A stretch of DNA of 64,000 nucleotides. Origin: a virus. Each line of letters begins with the position of its first letter. The stretch's first letter is position 1. Location: the IMG/VR virus record IMGVR_UViG_3300028610_001991; one strand, written 5' to 3'. The notes under the pieces were generated by a model that made no database searches, was not told where the DNA came from, and saw only the letters and a list, made by a program, of their open reading frames with translations. The position numbers and the translations under genes are program-made. Positions 10,019 to 20,296 of this stretch are shown piece after piece.

Positions 10019-10780
10019 GTGAAATTAGAGGCAGTTAATTCTATGCATGTCATGACAGCACTGATGTGCTACTTTAGATATAAAAGAAATGCATTAGTAG
10101 CTAGTGAGGTAGATCTTTATTCTTATGGTAAAAGTGATATTGTAGCTGATACTGGTAAAGTCACTTATGATGTTGAAATTAAGACGACAATTAACGATCT
10201 TAAACGTGACTTTAAAAAGTATAAACATAGTATGTTAGACTATGCTGCAGGTAAGTCTAGCTACTGGGTGCCGAATTATTTTTATTTCTGCTTACCTGTT
10301 CTGTTAATAGATAAAGCAAAAGTAATTATAAACGAGCAGGGAAATAAATTCGGTATACTTTCTTATGATTATGAAAATTCTAGATTTTATATACCAGAGA
10401 AGTTTATTAAATCAGTACAGATAGGTAAAAAGATACATAATAGGTATGATACCGGAATTAGAAAGAAAATAGTAAAGAGGTTATCGTCTGAGTTATGTAT
10501 TATATATCAAGATAAGTATGATATACGGAAGGAGGAAAAAATGTTCCTAGGATTCAATGCAGATAAAATTACGCTGGATAACTTTGAAGGTGTATTTAAG
10601 TGTAGGAAGAAACCGATAGTTATACATGCTTTACAGATTAACTTTCCTGAAGGATTCATAGTGACCACCCCTTCAGGAAAAGTAAAAGGAGAACCGGGTG
10701 ACTATCTTATGTTTGGGCCTTCAGGAGAAAAGTATCCCTGTAAGAAGGATATATTTGAAAAAACATACACTAAGGTATAG
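10019..10780 (+). CDS. PD-(D/E)XK nuclease (MmcB-like) fused in frame to a PGDYG-like domain
   Basis: SEV...SDIV...YDVEIKTTINDLKRDFKK...PNYFYF nuclease pattern; C-terminal RKKPIVIHALQ...GEPGDYL...GEKYPCKKDIFEKTY. Confidence 0.7.
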   Translation: MKLEAVNSMHVMTALMCYFRYKRNALVASEVDLYSYGKSDIVADTGKVTYDVEIKTTINDLKRDFKKYKHSMLDYAAGKSSYWVPNYFYFCLPVLLIDKAKVIINEQGNKFGILSYDYENSRFYIPEKFIKSVQIGKKIHNRYDTGIRKKIVKRLSSELCIIYQDKYDIRKEEKMFLGFNADKITLDNFEGVFKCRKKPIVIHALQINFPEGFIVTTPSGKVKGEPGDYLMFGPSGEKYPCKKDIFEKTYTKV

Positions 10781-10798
10781 GTTAGGGAGAGATAAATA

Positions 10799-11605
10799 AT
10801 GGATGATAATTTAAAGAAAGGTATTATACTTGCTTCTATTCAGAAAATGTTCGGTGATAATACTTTTAATATTTGTACAATAGATAACTGCTCGGCTTTA
10901 AGTAAGCCTAAAAGAAAGCCTGCACAGTATGTAGAACTTAATGCGCTTCATTGTGTTAACTGGAAGGATATGACTCCTACTGTATATGCTTTTATCGTAG
11001 AGGCTGTTGAGGATATATTTCAGATAAAAGTATTTAAGGAAAAACCGACAGAAAGAAGAAAACATACAATACAGATGAGGATATATAAAAAGCTAAAAGA
11101 GCTTAGAGTAAAAAGACATGTGTAGTTATTGTAAGTGGGAAAAAGTTCGGGATAAGTGTAAGGTTATGCTTGACGATCCTGATTTCTCTTTTGCTTATAG
11201 CTCGCTTGAAGGTATACAAGAGTGGGTTGAGCTTAACGAGCATGTAACAGAGAGTCAAGAAGATGCTGTTGAAAATATAGCTAATAGTGTATACGGGAGG
11301 ATGTGATGGTTGAAATAGACTATAGAATTGAAGTTATTAAGGAATCTACTACAGGCGATACTTACATATTAGTGACTGCTGGCTTAAAATATGATAGGTA
11401 TTATCTTAGTAAGTATGGAAAGTACAAAACATTAAATGACAATAAGCAGACTGATTATAGTGATTTAATTAAAGTATCCCCTGCTGTCCTGCAGAGTCTT
11501 GCTAATGCATTATGTGGTTTCGGTTATATTAAAGCTAGTGGCGCTACTCTTGCAGCAAAAGATGAGCATATAAATGATTTAAGAAGCATGTCTGACAGAC
11601 TATAG
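10799..11605 (+). other. three hypothetical ORFs (10799-11125, 11118-11306, 11303-11605)
   Basis: Overlapping start/stop arrangement with RBSs. Confidence 0.55.
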
Positions 11606-11820
11606 GCAAATCGTGTAGGCTCTGATAGACTCATTGACTTTATAGATAAACTGATAGAAATAAAGGAGGAGGATAATGAAAAAGCTAAATAGATGTTCAG
11701 GTTGTGGCCGCCAGCATAAAAAGAGTCATGAGAAACGAGTGCGAAAAAATAATAAGTACGCAGAGGGGTGTGTAACTTATGAGCAGCAAAGAAATAAAAT
11801 ACTAAAAGAGAGGGTAGGTA

Positions 11821-12546
11821 GTGGGTAAAAAGACATCATATGTCATCAACATTTCTAAAAATAATTACTATAACAAACCAAAAGAGAATTGTATTGAAAC
11901 CCCTTTGTCTTTAGCTGATTTTATATTTAATATGTTTGATGATACAGTTATGTTAAGAAATGAGTCCAGCTCTGATACTCTGCGCGTATGGGATATTGGC
12001 TGTGGTAAAGGTAATTTAAGCAGGCCATTTAAGAAAGCAGGGTATAGATGTACCGGTATAGATATAAATTACTGGTATAAGGAATTTTATCCGGGTAAGT
12101 TTATCCCCTGTGATTTTATTGCTCAGTCTACTGAACTTTTACAAAAGTTCAGTAGCAAGTACACGGATCATCTTATTCTTTGTAACCCACCTTTTAACTA
12201 CAGGGATGGTTCTACTCCGGAGGAAGTGTTAACTTACTGGAAGGGACAGGGTTTTGAAAAAGAACCCCTATACCCCCATGTATTTTTACATAAAATATTT
12301 GAAGTATTCGGGACTAGGGCTAAAGTTGTACTGTTTGTACCGATGGGATTTTTAAGGAATCAAAGGATACTAAAAAAAGGTAACTTTTCTGAACGATATC
12401 AGTGGTTAGTAGACACTGAAGAGCAAATAACCAGTATCCTTACTGTACCTATGAATATGTTTGAAGGTGTTCTTGTTCATAGCGATATTTTGTTTTGGAA
12501 TATACAAGGTATGCGGCCCCACTACATGTACGAGCAAGCAGAATGA
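11821..12546 (+). CDS. amino (N6-adenine-type) DNA methyltransferase
   Basis: SAM-binding WDIGCGKGN and catalytic NPPF. Confidence 0.88.
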   Translation: MGKKTSYVINISKNNYYNKPKENCIETPLSLADFIFNMFDDTVMLRNESSSDTLRVWDIGCGKGNLSRPFKKAGYRCTGIDINYWYKEFYPGKFIPCDFIAQSTELLQKFSSKYTDHLILCNPPFNYRDGSTPEEVLTYWKGQGFEKEPLYPHVFLHKIFEVFGTRAKVVLFVPMGFLRNQRILKKGNFSERYQWLVDTEEQITSILTVPMNMFEGVLVHSDILFWNIQGMRPHYMYEQAE

Positions 12547-13469
12547 GAGTAGGTTTATATGCTCCTGACTCTACGATACCAAACCTTGCACTAATGAAAT
12601 TATCGGCGTACCATAAGCTGAAACATGATATGGTAAGTTGGTATTCTCCTACAGACACTTACGATAAAGTTTATATATCTAAAATATTTACTTTTACGAA
12701 ATTAGATTTTAATGAACAGCCTTTTATTAAAGGTGTAGAGTACGGGGGATCAGGATATAGTTTAAATACAGAACTACCTTTGGTTATAGATGATATTTCT
12801 CCCGATTACTCTATTTATCCAAAATTTAAACAGGCCTTAGGGTTTACTACACGAGGCTGCATACGAAAATGTTGGTTCTGTAGTGTATACGAGAAAGAGG
12901 GTATGATTAAACCATATAGAAGTATAGAGCAGATAGTGGGTGATAGAAAAGAAGTTCTACTCTTAGATAATAACATACTAGCGCATGAACATGGTATAAA
13001 ACAAATAGAAAGACTAACAGAGATGCAAGTAAAGGTTGATTTTAACCAAGGGTTGGATTTTAGGTTAATTGATAAGGCAGTTGCCAGGTTACTTGCTAAA
13101 ATAAATTGGTTAGTTCCATTGCGGATTGCATGTGATAGTATAGATTATATAGGTAAGGTAGTTGAAGTAATAAGTTTATTACGCTGGTATAATGTTACCC
13201 CGAGTAGGTATTGTGTTTATGTATTAGCAGTAGACTTTTTATCAACATGGAAACTGATATGCATCTTAAAAGGTTTATTTATTGATCCTTATGTTCAGAT
13301 ATATAAAGACAGAGATAACACAGAGCCTGAAAAAACAGTTAAAGAGTTAGGGATGTGGGTAAATCAAAAGCGTATGTTTCGCAGTATGTCCTTCTATAGT
13401 TTTCTTAAAGTACGAAACAGCTTAAAGTATTTTGAAAAACATATAGGTACAATAAAGGCATGGAGTTAA
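12543..13469 (+). CDS. phage-type radical SAM protein
   Basis: TTRGCIRKCWFC (CxxxCxxC), NLALMKLSAYHK, LLDNNIL, DFNQGLD; ATGA overlap with the MTase stop. Confidence 0.88.
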   Translation: MRVGLYAPDSTIPNLALMKLSAYHKLKHDMVSWYSPTDTYDKVYISKIFTFTKLDFNEQPFIKGVEYGGSGYSLNTELPLVIDDISPDYSIYPKFKQALGFTTRGCIRKCWFCSVYEKEGMIKPYRSIEQIVGDRKEVLLLDNNILAHEHGIKQIERLTEMQVKVDFNQGLDFRLIDKAVARLLAKINWLVPLRIACDSIDYIGKVVEVISLLRWYNVTPSRYCVYVLAVDFLSTWKLICILKGLFIDPYVQIYKDRDNTEPEKTVKELGMWVNQKRMFRSMSFYSFLKVRNSLKYFEKHIGTIKAWS

Positions 13470-13489
13470 TTAAGGGTAATATTTAAATA

Positions 13490-13795
13490 ATGCTATTAAA
13501 CGTAATGCAAATACCGGCACCGTATAATTTTGTAGTTCAGGTGAGATTTAAAGATCAGCCTATTTATGAATCTTATTTTGCAAAACTGGTATCTTTAACT
13601 GATAAAAAAATAGCTAATAGGGTTGAGCTTATTGAAGGTGTACATCTGGAATCTGAAAATATGAGAGCAGAAAAGTTTAAGCGAATGCCCTTTGAAGTAG
13701 GGTACGATAATGTAATAGGCTTTTTAGTAATTAGAGTTGATGGTGAGATACTTGCTAGTGCAGGCGATATGAAGAAAGCAATCAGGAGTGAATAA
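13490..13795 (+). CDS. hypothetical protein
   Basis: 101-aa ORF in operon orientation. Confidence 0.5.
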   Translation: MLLNVMQIPAPYNFVVQVRFKDQPIYESYFAKLVSLTDKKIANRVELIEGVHLESENMRAEKFKRMPFEVGYDNVIGFLVIRVDGEILASAGDMKKAIRSE

Positions 13796-13889
13796 ACGAA
13801 TGATAATACTATTAGGTTAGTAATAAGGATGATTGTAGGTTTCTGTTTCTGGGTTCCAGCAACAATGATATTTTAAAGGACAAAATTAA

Positions 13890-14975
13890 TGAGTGATAAT
13901 AAAATAATGAATAAAAAAGAAATATATATAAAACTTATAGAAGATTATTGCAGGTTATTGCGTAAACCGGATAAAACATTTATAGAAAAAATGCAATTTG
14001 ATAATGCACGAATATTGTTTTTTGATTATTTTTTAAATTATAAAGGACAAAGTAGATGAAAAGACCATTCATTCTTAATGTACCAAACAATAGAAAAAAT
14101 ATATGTTATAGATATGGCTGTAATCATTGGTATTTATGTTTAAAATATGACCCTAAAAAAGAAGGAAAAAATGATGAAGATATGACAAAGTGTATTGGTT
14201 TTATTGGAATAGGTGAAGAAGAGTCATATAAAAAATACAATATAGATTAAAGGACAAATCAAATGGCAAGTGAATCATTTAAAGCTAATCATTTAGCAGA
14301 TTATTATATAAAACAAAATGATGAATTAAAAGAATTTATAAAAGCATGGGCTTTAAGTTGGCAATACCATAGTAATTTTGAAATAGAATTATTTAAAGAT
14401 CAAGCTATAATTTTATTAAAAAAATATGAGGACAAAATAAATGAATAATGGTTGTAAAAAGTGGTTATTTAAATTAAATGGATATAATGGGCCGTATGTG
14501 ATACATGGTGATGAATGGGATTATGTAGGAATAACACTTGAAATACTTATTAGAGCTATGTGGGCGATTAATCGGGAATGAGTGATAGGGGGGCAGTGTG
14601 AGAATATTTAAAACGATTTTATTTATAGGTTTTGAAATAAAACAATTGATTAATAAATTACTATATTTAGCAGGACTGAAGAAAAGAATAAAAATAATAG
14701 ATAAATGTATTTATACAGGGCATAGTGTTCCACGTAAATTTAGTGGACTAGTTAAAAATTGGCACTATAAATATAAATGGAGATGGAAAAAAATGGACAA
14801 TTTTTATTTGATAAAAAAACATATAGTATACATAACTGGAAGTGGCTCATGTAAGTTAATTCCCACTATAGAAATCTTTTATGCTCCTCATAGAATAATT
14901 ATAGCAATAGAATGGTTATGGGGAGGTATTGGGTGGTGGATTAATAGAAAAACAAAGGTAAATAAGGAGGGGTAG
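13890..14975 (+). other. very AT-rich block of small hypothetical ORFs (13890-14059, 14056-14250, 14263-14448, 14598-14975)
   Basis: Visibly lower GC than flanks; gene junctions carry a repeated (TAA)AGGACAAA motif. Confidence 0.5.
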
Positions 14976-15256
14976 TGGATACTACGGATATAAAATTAAT
15001 CGGAGATATACTGCAGGAAGTTAAAGAAAAAAACATAGCTGCTATTATTGTATGGGACGTTGCGTCTAATAAGTTTAAGGTTTTAAAAATGCCTGTCGAT
15101 AAAATACATAATTTAAGACAGAAGATGGGAATAGATAACTAACTTGGTTTGGTCAACCTCACGAAAAAATATGCACATGACCATTTATATATCAGTAACA
15201 TACTAAAAATGAGTATGCACTGAACGCATAATTAAAAGCATAAAAGGAAAAGGTTT

Positions 15257-17476
15257 ATGGAAGTTTTTTTTACAGGTGAAATTAGACACATCATTTTTAA
15301 CGCTCCGGACACAGGCTTTACTGTAGCTGTAGTAACTGTCACTAATGTTATATCAGGCGAAATTCAAACAAAAGAAGTTAAAGTGAGTGGGGAGCTGCCG
15401 AAAGTATCAGTTGGTGAAGTTCTTGAGATAAAAGGAGAATGGGTTGAAACAAAATACGGTCAACAGATAAAGATAGTATCTTATAATTATTCTCACCCTA
15501 CTACAGAACATGGTATTTTTAATTTCTTAAAGTCCGGACTAGTTGAAGGCATAGGCCCTACCTTAGCTGCAGAAATAATTGATAAATTCGGGACCGAGGC
15601 TCTAGATATCCTAGACAACGATATAACTAGATTATCTGAAATAGAAGGTATAGGGGTAAAAAGGATTACTACGATAAAAGAATCCTGGCTTAAACATAAA
15701 AAGATACGAGAGGTTATGATTCAGCTGCAGGCGTATGATATCTCTACCGGTTTTTGTATGAAAATCTATGATAAGTATGGAGTTGACTCACTGAATGTTA
15801 TACAGAGAAACCCGTATAGGTTAGCTTATGATATAGAAGGAATTGGTTTTATTAAAGCAGATAAAATTGGTTTAAGATTAGGTTTCCCTACTGATTCTCC
15901 GGAAAGAATTAAAGCAGCTTTACTATACACCTTAAATTTAAAAACAAGCGAAGAGGGTCATGTATGTTACCCTTACTCTCTACTGATTGTTGCTACTATG
16001 GAACTACTCAATGTAGAAGAAAAACTAGTATATAGTGCTTTTACCGACTTAGTAAAGGAAGAAAAAATCATTTATGAAAAAGTAGAGGATAGGATCGGTG
16101 AGCAGTGGTATATATATCCAATAAAGCTCTATCGTTATGAAAAGCAAGCAGCTGTCTTTTTAAAAAGTATTATGGATCAAACAAATAGTACATTCAGAAT
16201 AGAAGATATAAGAGACGAAGCTGATGTAGCTAATGAGGTGTATAATATAGCTGAAGGGTACGATATAAAACTTACGCAGAAACAAATGGATGCTGTAGTT
16301 AATTCTCTTACAGGAAAAGTTTCAATAATAACAGGTGGACCCGGAACAGGTAAAACAACAATTATTAAGATAATTATAAGATATTTAAATAAGAATTTTG
16401 GTGATGTATTAATTTCCATGGCAGCGCCTACAGGTAGAGCAGCTAAGCGAATGAAAGAAGTAACCGGCCATTCGGCTTCTACAATTCACAGACTGTTAGA
16501 GTTTAATCCTGGTGTTAAACGATTTATAAAAGATGAGGATAACCAACTTTTATGTAGGTACTTAATAATAGACGAGTCCTCAATGATAGATATTTCTCTG
16601 ATGTACTATTTATTGAAAGCAGTACCCGAAGATACAGTAATAATTTTTATAGGTGACATGTATCAATTACCATCTATAGGCCCTGGAAATGTGCTGAGAG
16701 ATATGATCGGCTCTGAAATAATACCTACTGTTACACTGGATGTTGTTTTTAGACAAGCAAAAAATAGTATGATATCTGTTAATGCTCATCTTATTAATGC
16801 AGGTAAAATGCCGCACTTAATACCTTTTAAAAACGGAAATGAATCCCCCTTTTATTTTATAGAAGAAGAAGATCCAGAGAAGATAAAAGATAAAATAGAA
16901 ACTCTTGTAAGTAAATACCTGCCTGAAAAGTATGGGTATGATCCTATGCGAGACATACAGGTATTAAGTCCCATGAATATTGATAAAATTCTTGGTACTA
17001 CTGTATTAAATCAAGAACTACAGCAATTATTGAATAAGTCACAAGTAGAAATAAAAAGAGGCTACCTTCTATTCAAAGAGGGTGACAAAGTAATGCAGAT
17101 TAAGAATAACTATGATAAAAATGTGTTTAACGGGGATATAGGTTACATCGATAGTATACGTGATAAAAAAGTCTATGTTAACTTTGATGATGGTATAGTT
17201 ATTTATGAAAATTTTGATTTAGATGAACTTCGCCTTTCTTATGCAGTTTCGATACATAAATTTCAGGGTAGTGAGTATCCTGTAATAGTATTACCTATCA
17301 CTAAACGACATTATAGACTATTACAGCGTAATTTAATATACACAGGTATTACCAGGGGTAAAGAGCTTGTAATTTTAGTAGGATCTTCGTATTGGCTGCA
17401 GATAGGTATAAATAATAATAAAATACAGAAAAGGCACACTTTTTTAAAAAAGAGAATTATTTCAGAATCTGCTTGA
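15257..17476 (+). CDS. recD2: RecD2-like SF1B DNA helicase
   Basis: N-terminal OB/HhH (GIGPTLA, GIGVKR, GIGFIKAD), Walker A GGPGTGKT, APTGRAAKR, TIHRLLE, DESSM, GDMYQLPSIG, FRQ, YAVSIHKFQGSE, YTGITRG. Confidence 0.95.
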   Translation: MEVFFTGEIRHIIFNAPDTGFTVAVVTVTNVISGEIQTKEVKVSGELPKVSVGEVLEIKGEWVETKYGQQIKIVSYNYSHPTTEHGIFNFLKSGLVEGIGPTLAAEIIDKFGTEALDILDNDITRLSEIEGIGVKRITTIKESWLKHKKIREVMIQLQAYDISTGFCMKIYDKYGVDSLNVIQRNPYRLAYDIEGIGFIKADKIGLRLGFPTDSPERIKAALLYTLNLKTSEEGHVCYPYSLLIVATMELLNVEEKLVYSAFTDLVKEEKIIYEKVEDRIGEQWYIYPIKLYRYEKQAAVFLKSIMDQTNSTFRIEDIRDEADVANEVYNIAEGYDIKLTQKQMDAVVNSLTGKVSIITGGPGTGKTTIIKIIIRYLNKNFGDVLISMAAPTGRAAKRMKEVTGHSASTIHRLLEFNPGVKRFIKDEDNQLLCRYLIIDESSMIDISLMYYLLKAVPEDTVIIFIGDMYQLPSIGPGNVLRDMIGSEIIPTVTLDVVFRQAKNSMISVNAHLINAGKMPHLIPFKNGNESPFYFIEEEDPEKIKDKIETLVSKYLPEKYGYDPMRDIQVLSPMNIDKILGTTVLNQELQQLLNKSQVEIKRGYLLFKEGDKVMQIKNNYDKNVFNGDIGYIDSIRDKKVYVNFDDGIVIYENFDLDELRLSYAVSIHKFQGSEYPVIVLPITKRHYRLLQRNLIYTGITRGKELVILVGSSYWLQIGINNNKIQKRHTFLKKRIISESA

Positions 17477-17514
17477 TTTTTTTCTGAAAATATGTTATTC
17501 TACTCATATGAGTA
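17473..17514 (+). promoter_or_regulatory. sigma70-like promoter with adjacent perfect 14-bp palindrome (candidate operator)
   Basis: TTGATT-17 bp-TATTCT with TG extension; TACTCATATGAGTA at 17501-17514 just upstream of the RHH gene. Confidence 0.6.
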
Positions 17515-17526
17515 AGGGAGTACTAT

Positions 17527-17721
17527 ATGAGTAATATTAGACTAAATGTAAATCTTGATAAAGAGCTGTATAAGAAACTTAAGCTAAAATTAATGCAAAG
17601 AGACGAAACCATTACAGACTGGATAATCAGACAGATTGATAGTTACGTAAATAATGGGATTAAAATAAATTCGGATATAAGTAGTCCTCCTGGAAATATC
17701 GATTTCGGGAAGGATGTCTAA
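17527..17721 (+). CDS. ribbon-helix-helix DNA-binding protein
   Basis: IRLNVNLDKELYKKLK...ETITDWIIRQIDSYV fits the RHH strand-helix-helix pattern. Confidence 0.7.
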   Translation: MSNIRLNVNLDKELYKKLKLKLMQRDETITDWIIRQIDSYVNNGIKINSDISSPPGNIDFGKDV

Positions 17722-17797
17722 CTATATCACTGGTGATTATATATTGGATAAATATGTATATGACCGTATAAACAAATTTAATCAGAGGAGGAAAGTT

Positions 17798-18910
17798 ATG
17801 GCTGAAAAAAAAACAGTGCCTAAGCTCACGATACCACTTATTTCGTGTGATTTTGGTTATGGTATTACGAAAATCTTTAACGGGGTTGATGATCCGCTGG
17901 GTATCAAATCACTAGTAGGGGATCCTATTGGTTTAATCAAGTTTCAAACAAAAATTAAAGAAAGTAAAAAAAAGGGAAAATATGATTTAGACTGGATATC
18001 CTGCAGATACCCTAAAACTGATAAACGCTATTTTATCGGGGAATTGGCCCGGAGGCAGTCTGCACATGTTTACTACATTACAGATCAAGATAAACTATCG
18101 TATGATAGTACGAAAGCTCTCATTGATACCGGTATTGCTTTAATGCTCCCTGAGACAGTAAAAAATAAACCTATACCTTTGGCTTTAAATGTAGTGACAG
18201 GATTACCAGTCAGCCAGTATGTTAAAGTACAGCAGGAAGGATTACGTAAATCACTTTTAGGTGAGCATAGTATAGAGTTTGACTGGGATCGTGATAATTC
18301 CTTTAAACATGGATATAAGTTTAAAATTAACGAGATATCTATTATACCTCAACCTGTTGGTACTTTCTATAATATTATCCTTGACAATAAAGGTGATTTT
18401 TTGCCTGAGTATGAAACACTGGCATCCGGGAATGTAGCTCTTATAGACGTAGGGTACGGCACGACAGACTTATGTGTACTAAAAGGTATTGAGTACATAG
18501 AAAAGAGCAGCAGAAGCTCTAATACGGCAATGAGTAGTGTATTTAGCTATATTAGCAGTAGACTAGCTGAACATTCCGGAATTGAAATACCTGTATGGAA
18601 GATAGAGCCTGTTATCTCCGGGGATAGTAAAGAAATGCTTATCAGGCTGGAAGGTAAGACATACAAATTAGATAATATCTACCAGCAAGCTATTGATGCT
18701 ATTTTTGAGGAACTAATGGCAGCAGCTAAAGGATTGTGGAGAACAGAACATCAGATCGACACTTATATTATAATGGGCGGTGGAGCAAAACCATTTGCAG
18801 AAAAATTCAAAACTACTTTCGGGACTAAAGGTAGTGTAATAATAGCTGATGATCCTGTATTCTCTAATGTTAAGGGTTATTATAAATACGGAAGGAGGTT
18901 GTTTAAATGA
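17798..18910 (+). CDS. parM: ParM/StbA-family actin-like ATPase
   Basis: Phosphate-1 DFGYGITK, NVVTGLP, IIPQP, phosphate-2 DVGYGTTD, adenosine MGGGA, NVKGY; ATG 17798 follows AGGAGG. Confidence 0.9.
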   Translation: MAEKKTVPKLTIPLISCDFGYGITKIFNGVDDPLGIKSLVGDPIGLIKFQTKIKESKKKGKYDLDWISCRYPKTDKRYFIGELARRQSAHVYYITDQDKLSYDSTKALIDTGIALMLPETVKNKPIPLALNVVTGLPVSQYVKVQQEGLRKSLLGEHSIEFDWDRDNSFKHGYKFKINEISIIPQPVGTFYNIILDNKGDFLPEYETLASGNVALIDVGYGTTDLCVLKGIEYIEKSSRSSNTAMSSVFSYISSRLAEHSGIEIPVWKIEPVISGDSKEMLIRLEGKTYKLDNIYQQAIDAIFEELMAAAKGLWRTEHQIDTYIIMGGGAKPFAEKFKTTFGTKGSVIIADDPVFSNVKGYYKYGRRLFK

Positions 18911-19302
18911 ATGAAATAAAGATAAAAAAGGTTGAAGGCGGTTACTCTATAGAGGCTGTTACAGAATTAGAAGAAAAGGAGATAAAAGAAAATGAGTTAA
19001 ATAAAGAGTTTAAACTTCAGGAGTCTGTACATGCTACTATAGAGGATGCTTTTGCTAAACAATTGGAATTATTTGAAAAGCGAACCGAAAAAGGTAAAGG
19101 CACTGAATATGGAAAAATAACTATTCTGAGAACAGCAGATATACCTACCGATGTCTTAAAGAAAAAAGCTACAGCTGAGGCAACTGTTGAAGCAGCAGTA
19201 TTACCGGAAGAGGTAAAAACGGTTAAACATGAAGATGTGATACAGTTTGAAAAAGGTGCTGTTGAGAAAATAAAAGAAGCAGAGAAAGAGCAACTAAAAT
19301 GA
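18907..19302 (+). CDS. highly charged hypothetical protein downstream of parM
   Basis: ATGA overlap with parM; E/K-rich. Confidence 0.6.
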   Translation: MNEIKIKKVEGGYSIEAVTELEEKEIKENELNKEFKLQESVHATIEDAFAKQLELFEKRTEKGKGTEYGKITILRTADIPTDVLKKKATAEATVEAAVLPEEVKTVKHEDVIQFEKGAVEKIKEAEKEQLK

Positions 19303-19583
19303 AGAAAAAACTAATAGCTATACTGGCTATTGCCGGAGCTGTTCTTACTGCTGTTCTCCTCATATTAAAGGAAGTTTTAAAAGGTAGGGTTACATATAAT
19401 CATCTTGAAGATCTTAAAACCGGTATACGTGATGAAAAGAAGAAAAATGTAGATATTATCCGAGATAGCACAAAAGCAGTAAAACTACAGGATAAGATTA
19501 TTAAGGAAAAAGCAAAACAGATCAAAGAGATGAATATGAATGAGCAGTTAGATTATGCTAAAAAGTTAGGGCTGGTTAAATGA
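19299..19583 (+). CDS. single-TM coiled-coil membrane protein
   Basis: MKKKLIAILAIAGAVLTAVLLIL followed by a charged helix. Confidence 0.6.
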   Translation: MKKKLIAILAIAGAVLTAVLLILKEVLKGRVTYNHLEDLKTGIRDEKKKNVDIIRDSTKAVKLQDKIIKEKAKQIKEMNMNEQLDYAKKLGLVK

Positions 19584-19858
19584 GAAGATTCTTTAGAGAG
19601 TTATTTAAACCGGCATTAAAGTGTAAAAGAGTAGGGCATAAGATTACTGTAGAATATTTGAAAATAAGAAAAGAAGGTAGCTTCGGGTGCGCAGTTGAGG
19701 ATTTTAACGCTAAAAGAAAAATATGCGGAAGATGCGGTAAAGTTATTAAAAAACCTTATAACCTTACAGTGCTTGATTTCTATACTAGCTGTAGTATGCC
19801 TGACTACATGTGGGATGAAATGAGAGAGAATGGGTATTTAATTTTAAAATATTATTAA
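19580..19858 (+). CDS. small Zn-finger-like protein (DUF1660-like C..GH...CxxC)
   Basis: CKRVGH...CGRCG. Confidence 0.5.
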   Translation: MRRFFRELFKPALKCKRVGHKITVEYLKIRKEGSFGCAVEDFNAKRKICGRCGKVIKKPYNLTVLDFYTSCSMPDYMWDEMRENGYLILKYY

Positions 19859-19869
19859 AAGGATAAACT

Positions 19870-20070
19870 ATGGACACTAGAACAGGCAACTTAATTTCAA
19901 TAAAAGAGCTTGAAGCTCTTAAACAACAGGATCCGGATGAAGCGAAGTTTTTTAAAGAGATTGAAGCTACAAGAGAGCAAGCGAAAAATATGAGAGTTGG
20001 CCGTAATGATAGATGTCCTTGCAGCAGCGGAAAGAAATTCAAACATTGTTGTTTAGTAAGGGCTGGGTAA
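19870..20070 (+). CDS. SEC-C motif (metal-binding) small protein
   Basis: [19 protein letters not shown]. Confidence 0.85.
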   Translation: MDTRTGNLISIKELEALKQQDPDEAKFFKEIEATREQAKNMRVGRNDRCPCSSGKKFKHCCLVRAG

Positions 20071-20276
20071 TGTGTATATTTCATAAATGGGTGCTTGCTG
20101 AGATGACTGAAGGTATGAGGAAGAGGGGCTGTACAGGTAGAAGGGTTTGTATGAAGTGCGGTCGCTTGGAAATAAGGAAATCAAGCTTTTACTTTGGCGG
20201 TAATTGGTTACATAATAGGGATGTTGATCCTAAACAAATAAGAGTATTAATACCCCGGCCGGTAGAAAGCGATTAA
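20070..20276 (+). CDS. small Zn-finger-like protein (DUF1660-like)
   Basis: MCIFHKW...VCMKCG; ATG overlaps the previous TAA. Confidence 0.55.
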   Translation: MCIFHKWVLAEMTEGMRKRGCTGRRVCMKCGRLEIRKSSFYFGGNWLHNRDVDPKQIRVLIPRPVESD

Positions 20277-20296
20277 TAGGTATATCTGTTTATAAT

